From a virus (taxonomy: Duplodnaviria > Caudoviricetes), in the IMG/VR virus record IMGVR_UViG_3300031644_000012, positions 1 to 30,899 of that record: a stretch of 30,899 nucleotides of DNA. One strand, given 5' to 3'. A program made the position numbers and the translations under genes. The notes below the pieces were generated by a model. That model was not told where the DNA came from. It did no database searches and saw only the letters and a program-made list of their open reading frames with translations. This document shows, in pieces, positions 8,049 to 16,898 of the stretch; position 1 is the first letter of the stretch, and every line of letters begins with the position of its first letter.

Positions 8049-11000
8049 ATGGCAGCATTAACGGGAAATAAAATAAAGGATAGTTATTTAGGTTTATTGA
8101 AATCTATAAGTAATGATGCTATATCATCAAGTTTTGTCCAAATTTCTGATGGTGGAGGTAACGCATTGCCTTTGTATCTATCTACCGCATCAATTAGATT
8201 TTATGATGCTTACACATTTCCAAGTGCAACGGGAACAGTAGGACAAGTTTTATCTGCCAATGCTGCTGGTGATTTAGTTTTTAGTGATCAATTAGATAAT
8301 CAGACATTAGAGCAAGTTTTAACAAATGGAAATACTACTACTACTGCTATACTTAGTACTGCAAGTGGAAACACGTTTGGTTCTACTACTTTTAATGGTA
8401 TAGCTACATTAGCTAATACCTCTAAGGTTTTGGGAACACCACCAACTGCCAATGATAGTTCAACTAATATAGCCACAACTGCATATGTTGATAATCAAGT
8501 ATCAACGGGAGGTACGGTAAAGAAAACGGGAACAATCTCTCAGAATGCAATAGCGGTTTGGAATAACGCATCAGATACACTTAGAAGTGATGGCACTATT
8601 AGTGTTTTAACGGATGGTACTATTAGATTAAATCAAGAAGATACTACGGGCGCAGCCCAAAAAAATTATAACATTGGTGGAGGAAATATAGCCTTAAATA
8701 CGGGTAATTTTAATACGGGTTTTGGAAAGGATAATTTAAATAAAGTAGCATTTACTACGGGAGGATTTAATAATGCTTTTGGATATAATACGTTGTTTTC
8801 AATGACAACGGGTGTTGATAATAGTGCTTTTGGTGCAAACGCTTTATATTCAGAAACTGTGGGTGACGGAAATATTGCAATTGGTGGTTATTCAATGTAT
8901 AACTCGGAGAATGTATATTTTTCTGTCGCAATAGGCACAAAGGCTTTATATTCTAATACAACGGGTACGCAAAACATAGCTTTAGGATTTGAATCTTTAT
9001 ATACTAATGTATCGGGAGATGCAAATACCTCTTTAGGTTATAGGGCATTAAAAGCAAATTTGGGAGATAGGAATATTGCCGTAGGTTATGGTTCGGGTAT
9101 TTCAATGACAACGGGTGATAATAATGTAATAATTGGATCATTTAGTGGGCAAATAGGAACTTTTGACATAAGAGCCACAGACAACAATATTATTCTTTCA
9201 GATGGTTCGGGTGCAGTTAAGATGCACACTAATTCTAGTGGAGGAACAACTTTTAATGTATCGTCATTCGGGCTTAGTATAGAAGAATCCACCAATAATG
9301 CGCCAAGGCTATATTTTAAGTCAGTAGGTGTAACGAAAGGACAGATTTCTTACAATGTAGACATTTCTCCCGCTGCCGATGAATTTTTAAATATTAGTGG
9401 GGGTTCGGGTTATATCTTATTGGATAATCGTTTACAATTTAATAGCTATGGAAGTGGAACACACACGGGAACATTAGCAAAAACATTAGGTGTAGATACT
9501 AATGGAAATGTGATTGAATTTACTTCGGGAACGGGAAGTGTTGGTGGAACGGGAACGGCGGGAACTATTGCTAAATGGGCAACGGGTGGAGCAAATATAG
9601 AAGATAGTATTATAACAGAATCGGCAAGTGCGATTACGGTTAGTGGAGATGTAAAAGTAAATGAAGTAAATCCGCTAATTTTTGCTGATTCAACAAGTAC
9701 AAATAAAGCAAGTGGAGTAATTACCTCCGAAAGTGGAACGAATAAATGGGCGATAGGAACTAACTTTGGTTCGAGTGATAATAGTTTTAATATATATAAT
9801 TATACGGCTGCAAGTAGATACTTAACCATCTCATCTACGGGACTTGCTACTTTTAGCGGAAATATTCTTGCTGAAGGAGGAGAAATTTTTTCTAAAATTA
9901 GCAGTGGATTAACGGCAGCCGTTGTGAAGATAGGTTCGGGATCAACTTGGCAGTTAAAATCAAATCCAACCACGGGAACTAATTCGTACGGCTTTGAGAT
10001 AGTACAAGGTGTTGGATCACCTCAAACCAGATTAAGCATCACATCTGCGGGTAATGTGGGGATTGGAGCGGTAAGTACAGAGACAACCCCGTCAACATTA
10101 CATATTAAAGGCTCTGAACAACAATTAACTATTTCTGAAGGAACGTTAAGAGGCGCTACGTTCGATTATAAATCATCTACGGGAAATTTGCAGATAGCGA
10201 CAAACGGAGTCGATGCAAGATTACTTCCACAAATAACTTTAGCACCTTCTGGTTTTGTTACTTTTAGTGGAACTACAAGTGCTAATGTTGTTATAGTAAG
10301 AGACAATATGTTTGTCGGAGCAGGACAATTTTATATAGGTGCTGAAAATTCAAGCACTGACGACACTTATCGACAAGAAGTTGGTTCGGGTGTTTTTAAA
10401 ATACAATCAAGAAAAAGTGGAACTTGGACAGATAGACTCACCATCTCATCGGGGGGTAATGCTACTTTTAGTAATAGTGCAGACGCAAGTGTGCAAATAG
10501 GTAATCCCGGTGGTGGAGATTTAAATGCTTATTTAAAATTAAAAGCAAGTGGATCGGGAGATGCTTACGTAAATTCAATTGGAACGGGGAAATTAATATT
10601 AGGTGCGGGCTCGACGGGAACTAATCATTTATCCATCTCATCAAACGGGTATATAACTCAAGATATTAGTCTAGCGGGGAGGGCTATGGAAATAGTAAAT
10701 ACTGCTGATGCAAGTGAAGGTTTGCGAATAAAAGCGGCAGATAATGATCCTGATTTGGATATATTAGATTGTCAAAGTAGTACAGGCGGAACGTATACCT
10801 CTAAGTTTAAAGTTAGAAAGTCGGGTGAACTTATTTCAACAAAAGGTATAGAATTTCAAGGGAATAGTTTAGGTGCGAGTCAAACGGGAGTTGCTTCTTC
10901 GGGCAGTGGGGGTGATTTAAGATTTTACACTGATGGCACTCAAAGAGTTACCATTAAGTCGGGAGGTGCTATCTCTTTAGAAAACGCAAATACATCAGTT

Positions 11001-11339
11001 ATTGGGCGCCCGTTTAGTTCGGGAACATTAGCAAATGGGGCAAATATATTACTAAATATAAACGGTGCGGGAGGTGACCAATCCCTCGGTTTTATTGCCG
11101 TATCTTGTACCCCTAGTACTGCATTCCAAGGCGGTGCAGTTGCTTTATATAGTCATTATCATACGCAAGGCGCTAACGGGTTTACTGATATGCAGTTGCA
11201 TAATGAAAAAGGAATTACGATATCTAGATCAAATGGAGATTTAACTATTACAAATAATCACGTCGATGGTTATGCCGCTAAATACGTCGTGAAAGTCTTA
11301 AATTTAACAGATTTTGCTAGCACAGTTGCGGGAACGTAA
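8049..11339 (+). CDS. Large fibre / receptor-binding protein (1096 aa)
   Basis: Gly/Ser/Thr-rich. Contains GTVGQVL, IATTAYV, 17-aa N.A.G..ALYSNTTG beta-roll repeats and RLTISS.G modules typical of Bacteroidota phage fibres. Confidence 0.85.
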   Translation: MAALTGNKIKDSYLGLLKSISNDAISSSFVQISDGGGNALPLYLSTASIRFYDAYTFPSATGTVGQVLSANAAGDLVFSDQLDNQTLEQVLTNGNTTTTAILSTASGNTFGSTTFNGIATLANTSKVLGTPPTANDSSTNIATTAYVDNQVSTGGTVKKTGTISQNAIAVWNNASDTLRSDGTISVLTDGTIRLNQEDTTGAAQKNYNIGGGNIALNTGNFNTGFGKDNLNKVAFTTGGFNNAFGYNTLFSMTTGVDNSAFGANALYSETVGDGNIAIGGYSMYNSENVYFSVAIGTKALYSNTTGTQNIALGFESLYTNVSGDANTSLGYRALKANLGDRNIAVGYGSGISMTTGDNNVIIGSFSGQIGTFDIRATDNNIILSDGSGAVKMHTNSSGGTTFNVSSFGLSIEESTNNAPRLYFKSVGVTKGQISYNVDISPAADEFLNISGGSGYILLDNRLQFNSYGSGTHTGTLAKTLGVDTNGNVIEFTSGTGSVGGTGTAGTIAKWATGGANIEDSIITESASAITVSGDVKVNEVNPLIFADSTSTNKASGVITSESGTNKWAIGTNFGSSDNSFNIYNYTAASRYLTISSTGLATFSGNILAEGGEIFSKISSGLTAAVVKIGSGSTWQLKSNPTTGTNSYGFEIVQGVGSPQTRLSITSAGNVGIGAVSTETTPSTLHIKGSEQQLTISEGTLRGATFDYKSSTGNLQIATNGVDARLLPQITLAPSGFVTFSGTTSANVVIVRDNMFVGAGQFYIGAENSSTDDTYRQEVGSGVFKIQSRKSGTWTDRLTISSGGNATFSNSADASVQIGNPGGGDLNAYLKLKASGSGDAYVNSIGTGKLILGAGSTGTNHLSISSNGYITQDISLAGRAMEIVNTADASEGLRIKAADNDPDLDILDCQSSTGGTYTSKFKVRKSGELISTKGIEFQGNSLGASQTGVASSGSGGDLRFYTDGTQRVTIKSGGAISLENANTSVIGRPFSSGTLANGANILLNINGAGGDQSLGFIAVSCTPSTAFQGGAVALYSHYHTQGANGFTDMQLHNEKGITISRSNGDLTITNNHVDGYAAKYVVKVLNLTDFASTVAGT
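8700..9140 (+). repeat. About 8 copies of a 17-aa repeat (N.AIG..ALY.NTTG), YadA-head-like beta-roll
   Basis: NNAFGYNTLFSMTTG / NSAFGANALYSETVG / SVAIGTKALYSNTTG / NIALGFESLYTNVSG etc.; boundaries approximate. Confidence 0.75.
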
Positions 11340-11401
11340 AATTACGAATTAACAAACTAAAAGGGTAAGGGTTACCCATATTAATTAAATAAGAGTAAAT
11401 T

Positions 11402-11689
11402 ATGAAAGAAATAGAATCAATAGAAGTATGGCAGAACGGAACAATTAAAACTGCTGTAAAATTACAAGCATACGGGACAAGCGTAACCTTGGGACAAGCA
11501 GCCTCTTTTTATTGGCAACTGATAACAGAAGAAGGTTATCAAGTATCAAAGGGAGAACTCAGTATTAGTGGTGAGCAATACGCTGCGTGGGGTGCTGATG
11601 ATAATTACGTTTACACAATTATAGCCGAGGATTTAAATCTAGTGATTGTAGGTGATTGGGTTGATCCATCGGTAGACGCATCAGCATGA
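11402..11689 (+). CDS. Fibre-associated small protein (chaperone/assembly, putative)
   Basis: Directly follows the fibre; IEVWQNG...G..YAAWG.DD.Y pattern. Confidence 0.6.
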   Translation: MKEIESIEVWQNGTIKTAVKLQAYGTSVTLGQAASFYWQLITEEGYQVSKGELSISGEQYAAWGADDNYVYTIIAEDLNLVIVGDWVDPSVDASA

Positions 11690-12135
11690 ATTTAGAATTA
11701 AAACGATTTAGTTCACAAAGTGATTCTACTTTAGGATTACTTTTTGTGGATGGTGAATTTGAATGCTTTGTTCTAGAGGATGAGAGTAGGGATATAAAAG
11801 TTAAAGGTGAAACAAGAATACCTTGTGGCTCTTATGATATCAAAAAACGTGAAGTAATAAGTGGATTAACCAAAAAGTATAGGGCAAAATTTGATTGGTT
11901 TGATTATCATTTTGAAATACAAGGCGTAAAAGACTTTAACTATGTATATTTGCATATAGGGAATGACACATCCAATAGCGATGGTTGTTTACTGCTAAAT
12001 AATGGAATAAAATCTAATGCACATGGGTTAAGCCAAAAGAACAACGGCACAGATAGCACATCAGCATTTAGAAGATTATACCAAAAGATGAGTAAAAATG
12101 AATGTATAACAATTAATATAACAGACAATGTTTGA
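11686..12135 (+). CDS. DUF5675 family protein (putative endolysin / transpeptidase-like fold)
   Basis: STLG.L......C.VLED, TRIP.G.Y, YLHIGN....SDGCLL signature. Confidence 0.85.
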   Translation: MNLELKRFSSQSDSTLGLLFVDGEFECFVLEDESRDIKVKGETRIPCGSYDIKKREVISGLTKKYRAKFDWFDYHFEIQGVKDFNYVYLHIGNDTSNSDGCLLLNNGIKSNAHGLSQKNNGTDSTSAFRRLYQKMSKNECITINITDNV

Positions 12136-12544
12136 GAATAAAACAATCACATTTAAGGAAGCAGAAGAATATCACAAAGGTTTAATGCTTTTAACCAACG
12201 CGGTAGAATCTTCCGAAAAAGGAGTAGGTTTAGATTTAACCTATAAACTAATACAAGGATTAAAAAAGATTGAGGAGCAAGTTGAATCAATCAATAAGGC
12301 TAGGACTAAATTATACGAGGTTTACGGCACTTTAGATGATAAAGGTGTACTTACACCACATAAAGGAAAAGAAGACATTCTAGAGCCTCTAAATAAGGAT
12401 ATGGAAGAGTTTCTTGTTAAAGAAGATGAGTTTAGTTTAATTAAGGATAAAATTAAAGTTGAGGATATAAAACATCTCATATTAAAGCCAAGTTTCTTGA
12501 TTTTATGGGACAAATATCTTGAAGGATTAGAGGAATATGAATGA
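12128..12544 (+). CDS. Hypothetical helical protein
   Basis: 138 aa ORF coupled to both neighbours. Confidence 0.6.
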   Translation: MFENKTITFKEAEEYHKGLMLLTNAVESSEKGVGLDLTYKLIQGLKKIEEQVESINKARTKLYEVYGTLDDKGVLTPHKGKEDILEPLNKDMEEFLVKEDEFSLIKDKIKVEDIKHLILKPSFLILWDKYLEGLEEYE

Positions 12545-12965
12545 TAGTACAAGAAATGTAAGGGCATATATTTATGGGTTGTTAGACGGTAATATAACTC
12601 ATGATGGAAGTGGTGTTACTGTAGTAAATAAAGCTACTGATCAGACATCATATCCTTACATTGTAGTACAAGCAACCGGTATGGTTGATGATTCATTAAA
12701 AGATAGATTTGGGGGTGTGTATGAGGTGCAAGTCCAAGTACACACTAAATACCCATTAAATTATGGAGGACAAGATGATTGTGATGACATATCAAACTCA
12801 ATTCTCCAAACAATAAGATTAAGGAATGCTACATCAGATTTCGGTGCTGATACAATGTATATGTTTAAACAGACTAACCAAAGATACCTTGAGGATGATG
12901 ATGGGCAATACGAGTATTTTACTAAAATTATAGTTTTTGAAGCAAACGTACTAAGTGATGCTTAA
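12537..12965 (+). CDS. Tail terminator / tail completion protein (DUF3168, gp17-like)
   Basis: Acidic 142 aa with YPYIVV and VQVQVHT; precedes the tube genes. Confidence 0.8.
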   Translation: MNDSTRNVRAYIYGLLDGNITHDGSGVTVVNKATDQTSYPYIVVQATGMVDDSLKDRFGGVYEVQVQVHTKYPLNYGGQDDCDDISNSILQTIRLRNATSDFGADTMYMFKQTNQRYLEDDDGQYEYFTKIIVFEANVLSDA

Positions 12966-13512
12966 TGGTACATTATTCGTTCTATATATTAATAATGATA
13001 AACTTTTACTTTCAAAATCTCATTCTATTGAATTTAATGGGAATGCGGTTGATGCAAGTTATAAGATACCAAGCGAAAGAATTGTCGGGGATGGTTATTA
13101 TTGGGAATCCGCTAACTTAAATTGGGAGTCGGCTAATTTAAATTGGGAGGATGTTACATTTTCTACTGAAGTAAGCGGTTGGAAAGAGTTTATGATGGGT
13201 TATAAGTCGGGCAGTTTTTCTGTTGAAGGATTGCTTACTCTTGATAGAAGCACTCAATTTTGGGATACAACAGATTATTTTTGGGAATTATTTAATGTAG
13301 AGTGGGAGGATGGAGCCATAGAACCAAACCCATCAGCCACCTTGGATGAGTTATTAATAACAAGAGAAAAGGTTAGATTTGATATAATAAGCAATTCAAA
13401 CTATACTCTTTTTAGTGGTATGTGTAGAGTAAATAATTATGCTTTAGTTGCTAATAGTGAAGGGGCTATGTTTTATAATGCTGACTTTACCATTACAGGA
13501 GCATCATCATAA
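12958..13512 (+). CDS. Tail-tube-like paralogue with two Trp-rich insertions
   Basis: Colinear with 13557..14018 (NGT..LYI, LSKS.S, D.S.K, SGW.E...KS, F.G); inserts YWESANLNWESANLNWED and FWDTTDYFWELFNVEWED. Confidence 0.75.
   Translation: MLNGTLFVLYINNDKLLLSKSHSIEFNGNAVDASYKIPSERIVGDGYYWESANLNWESANLNWEDVTFSTEVSGWKEFMMGYKSGSFSVEGLLTLDRSTQFWDTTDYFWELFNVEWEDGAIEPNPSATLDELLITREKVRFDIISNSNYTLFSGMCRVNNYALVANSEGAMFYNADFTITGASS
13102..13149 (+). repeat. 21-bp tandem repeat (about 2.3 copies) encoding WESANLN
   Basis: TGGGAATCCGCTAACTTAAAT / TGGGAGTCGGCTAATTTAAAT / TGGGAG; differences are synonymous. Confidence 0.85.
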
Positions 13513-13532
13513 TACTTTATGTATTTTTTATT

Positions 13533-13540
13533 TATCTTTG
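13533..13540 (+). promoter_or_regulatory. -7 promoter element (TATCTTTG)
   Basis: TAnnTTTG 16 nt before the major tail gene. Confidence 0.6.
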
Positions 13541-13556
13541 AGTAAAATATTAAAAA

Positions 13557-14018
13557 ATGGCTGCAATTAACGGAACAGAATTAACATTATATATCCCTTC
13601 AGTAAAAGTTGGGGGAACAACACCTAGTTGGATAGCAATAGGATTATCAAAATCTGCTAGTCTTTCATTAGCTGCTGAAATGGGTGATGTATCAACTAAA
13701 GATTCTAGTGGGTGGAATGAATCACTCTCTTTGATGAAATCTTGGACGATAGACTTTGAGGCATTGGTTGACTTGGATGTAGCATCAGCGGATCCAAATA
13801 CCGCAATAAATATCTTACCCTTATGGGAATACTTTAAAAACGGAGATAAAATAAAAATAGCTTGGGGCAAAAGTGGTGCTTATTGGTATGGTGATGCTTT
13901 CATTACTTCTTTAGAGGAAAGTGCTGAAGCAGAGCAGCCTGTTAGCTTTAGTGGTTCACTACAAGGAACAAGTGTATTAGCGCTTGGTGCTACTAGTCCT
14001 CCAACTTATCCTACATAA
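13557..14018 (+). CDS. Major tail tube protein (Phage_tail_2 / TP901-1-like)
   Basis: DVSTKDSSGW.E....KSWTID, YGDAFITSLEESA, FSGSLQGT motifs; has its own promoter element. Confidence 0.9.
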   Translation: MAAINGTELTLYIPSVKVGGTTPSWIAIGLSKSASLSLAAEMGDVSTKDSSGWNESLSLMKSWTIDFEALVDLDVASADPNTAINILPLWEYFKNGDKIKIAWGKSGAYWYGDAFITSLEESAEAEQPVSFSGSLQGTSVLALGATSPPTYPT

Positions 14019-14039
14019 TTAACTAATTAATTAAATTTT

Positions 14040-14432
14040 ATGGCAACAAACAAACACAGAGGTACTTGTATCATCAACATTGGTGGCAAGAAAAGAGGAA
14101 TAATCTTTAATATGAATACTTATGCAATATTTTGTGAAGGTATGGATATTGAGATTAGTCAAATAGAGGAAGTCTTTAACGGAAGAAAACAACAGAAAGG
14201 ATTTTGTTGGTTAATATATTCGGGATGTGTTGCTTATGATGAAAAGAATGGGAATAATTTAGATTATGACATACATGATTTTTATGATTGGGTTATGGAC
14301 ATGAGCGAAAAAGATACGGAGTTAGTTACAAAAACAATGTTATCATCTAGGCAATTAAGTAATGATTCTAATAATGGTGTTTCAAGAAATGTTGTTGAAG
14401 CAACTGATGAGAATACTTTAAAAAAAAATTAA
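14040..14432 (+). CDS. Tail assembly chaperone (lambda gpG-like)
   Basis: Lies between tube and tape measure; ends L-K-K-N-stop on a slippery run. Confidence 0.85.
   Translation: MATNKHRGTCIINIGGKKRGIIFNMNTYAIFCEGMDIEISQIEEVFNGRKQQKGFCWLIYSGCVAYDEKNGNNLDYDIHDFYDWVMDMSEKDTELVTKTMLSSRQLSNDSNNGVSRNVVEATDENTLKKN
14417..14428 (+). other. Programmed -1 ribosomal frameshift site T TTA AAA AAA AA
   Basis: Overlapping X XXY YYZ heptamers (T TTA AAA; A AAA AAA). The -1 frame is open from here to 14743. Confidence 0.85.
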
Positions 14433-14743
14433 CAACTTTTGAGGATATTTTAGATCAAGCAATAGGGACTTTGGGTATAATGCCCGAAGTTTTTTGGTTA
14501 TTGACTTGGGCAGATTTTATGAGGTTATTAGAATCTCACGTATACCTACAAAACCAAGATTGGGATAAAGTAAGGTACCAATCCACAATGGTAGCCAATT
14601 GTTCCATGGGCAGAAAAAAGGTTATAAAACCAAAAGATTTATTTCAATTACCACACGACAAAGAATATAAGAAAAAAGTTGAATTTCCATCCAAGGAAGA
14701 GATTAAAAGTGTTCTAGGAAAGTCTGTGCAATTGCCTATTTAA
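14426..14743 (+). CDS. Tail assembly chaperone gpT portion (frameshift product gpGT, about 234 aa in total)
   Basis: -1 frame reads KLTTFEDILDQAIGTLGIMPEVFWLLTWADF...; the LG..P.EFW.LT pattern is typical of gpT. Confidence 0.8.
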   Translation, partial: KLTTFEDILDQAIGTLGIMPEVFWLLTWADFMRLLESHVYLQNQDWDKVRYQSTMVANCSMGRKKVIKPKDLFQLPHDKEYKKKVEFPSKEEIKSVLGKSVQLPI

Positions 14744-14750
14744 TATTAAT

Positions 14751-14758
14751 TAAATTTG
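14751..14758 (+). promoter_or_regulatory. -7 promoter element (TAAATTTG)
   Basis: TAnnTTTG 4 nt before the tape-measure ATG. Confidence 0.45.
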
Positions 14759-14762
14759 TATT

Positions 14763-16895
14763 ATGGCTGATGAACAAAAATTAATAATAAAAACCATAGC
14801 GGACACTAAGGGATTCACTAGTGGATTAAATAGAATGCAGTCGGGATTAAAAAAACTCGGAGGTGTTTTTAGCGCAGTTGGTGGAGCGTATGCTGCTTCA
14901 AAAATATTTAACATTGGAAAAGATTTAGTTAAGGTATCTGCTGAACTTGAAACGGTAAATAGAAGTTTTGAACGAAGTTTTGGTTCCTTAACTAAAACGG
15001 TAGATACTGAGTTAAATCAACTTTCTGATACCTTGGGTAGATCCACTACAGTTTTAAAGAAGGGTGCGATATCATTTAATTCATTCTTTCAAGGATTGGG
15101 TTTTGCTTCACAAGAAGCCGCTAAAATGTCTGTTAGTATGCAAAGCTTATCAGTAGATTTAGCAAGTTTCTTTGGCATACAGGATACAAATGCACAGAAA
15201 AGATTTATAGCAGCATTAGCGGGTTCTCCGGAAGTACTTGATCAGTATGGTATAAACTTAAAACAAACTGCTCTTCAACAGGAATTGTACAACATGGGTT
15301 TAAAAACCACAGTGCAAAACACTAGTGAAGTGGTTAAAACTCAAGCAAGATTAAATGTCATAATGCGATCAATGACTGCTGCGGGCATATTAGGCGATGC
15401 AGCACGTGCTGCCACAACATATGCGGGTAAAATAAAAGAACTAAATGCTAATTTCTTAAAATTTAAGGAGAATATAGGAGGAACAGTTAAACCATTGGCT
15501 TCTTTTATAGTTGATGTATTTAATGATTTACTGAAAGAATTTAATGATGATGTTAAGGCAATAGCTGATAATATAATTCGTTTAAGGGAATCTCTAGGAA
15601 TAAATAGTGATAACGATAATTTAAGAAAAGAGTTCGGGATGAAATCCGAAAAGGAAGAAGAAGCTGAAAATATAAAAAAATCAATAAAGCTAACAAAAGA
15701 TTTTGCCTATCAATCTAAAGTATTAAATATGTTAGGTAAAGAAAAGCTAGAGCTTTTTTATAGGTTAACAGAAGAGCAGAAAAAACTTAGTTTACTTGCT
15801 GAAATGAATAACGACGAAGCTACTCGATTTATTTTTATTCAAAATCAATTACAAGTAATATCAAAAGAAATAGCCGAGCGAGAAAAAGCAAGGGCAGATT
15901 CTTTTGCGTCAGTAGTTAAAGAATCTGAAAAAAGAATAGAAATACTTAAAAAAGAATTTGAATTTCAAAAAGAATTACAAAAAATTGATGAATTAAAATA
16001 TCGTGATTTACTTGATCAAGTAAAACTTCAGAATGACATAACTGATGAAATGTCACTTCAATTTAGGAACTCTGAGAAAGAGAGTAAAGAGTATGAAAAA
16101 CAATTAATATTATTAGCTAGGATAAAAGCAGCAATTGCTCGTAAAAGGGATGCCGGAGACACTCCAACTCCAATGAAAAAAGTTGGAACGGCTCTTTTGG
16201 GTACAAAAGGTGAAGGATCATTAAAAACCGATCCAAAAAAACTTAATGAGTTAATACCCGACAAACTTGGTGCAGCAAATGAGTCTTTATTTGAATGGGA
16301 AAGCATTTTTGATAATACAGGATTTTTAGAGCAATTAACTTTATTTCAAGATGGAATAGCAATTTTTGATCATATTAGATTTGATTTTGTTAATGGAGTT
16401 AAACAAATGGGAGTAGATTTGGCTCAGAATATGGCATCCGGATTTGGAAATGCTGTAGCAGAATCTCTTAATGGTAATAAAAAGTTTGTTGATGCTATTA
16501 GAATTGGAACAAAAAAAACATTGATAGCACAATCTGCTGATTTAGCTGCCCAAGCAGTATACTATGGTATTATTGGTGCTGCTTTAGCCATAGGTGGTGC
16601 TATTTCGGGTAATGGCGATATGATAAAAAGAGGAGCCGGTTATTTAAAAACTGCTGCAATGTTAGGTGCGGGTGCAGCAGCAACGGGTGCGCTTGGTAAA
16701 TCAATTAAAGGAGAAGCGGGACTTGGTGTAAATGGGACAGGAGGTAATGGAAATAATGGAATAGGAGGAAGAGGAGGAACATTTGAAGACTTTATGAACG
16801 CTATTCAAGGAGAACAAGTATTTAGATTGGCGGGTAATGATTTAGTAACGGCAATTAATAGAACAAATACATTTCAAGGTTCAATAGGAGGATAA
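14763..16895 (+). CDS. Tape measure protein (710 aa)
   Basis: Follows the chaperones; helical Ala/Lys-rich, DLASF, AL.G..E.L..YGI, hydrophobic C-terminal stretch, FRL.GNDLV end. Confidence 0.9.
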   Translation: MADEQKLIIKTIADTKGFTSGLNRMQSGLKKLGGVFSAVGGAYAASKIFNIGKDLVKVSAELETVNRSFERSFGSLTKTVDTELNQLSDTLGRSTTVLKKGAISFNSFFQGLGFASQEAAKMSVSMQSLSVDLASFFGIQDTNAQKRFIAALAGSPEVLDQYGINLKQTALQQELYNMGLKTTVQNTSEVVKTQARLNVIMRSMTAAGILGDAARAATTYAGKIKELNANFLKFKENIGGTVKPLASFIVDVFNDLLKEFNDDVKAIADNIIRLRESLGINSDNDNLRKEFGMKSEKEEEAENIKKSIKLTKDFAYQSKVLNMLGKEKLELFYRLTEEQKKLSLLAEMNNDEATRFIFIQNQLQVISKEIAEREKARADSFASVVKESEKRIEILKKEFEFQKELQKIDELKYRDLLDQVKLQNDITDEMSLQFRNSEKESKEYEKQLILLARIKAAIARKRDAGDTPTPMKKVGTALLGTKGEGSLKTDPKKLNELIPDKLGAANESLFEWESIFDNTGFLEQLTLFQDGIAIFDHIRFDFVNGVKQMGVDLAQNMASGFGNAVAESLNGNKKFVDAIRIGTKKTLIAQSADLAAQAVYYGIIGAALAIGGAISGNGDMIKRGAGYLKTAAMLGAGAAATGALGKSIKGEAGLGVNGTGGNGNNGIGGRGGTFEDFMNAIQGEQVFRLAGNDLVTAINRTNTFQGSIGG

Positions 16896-16898
16896 AAT

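Noticed and set aside
8049-11339. DGR- or invertase-type fibre variation
   Set aside because: No reverse transcriptase, TR/VR pair, invertase or inverted cassettes were seen in the window.
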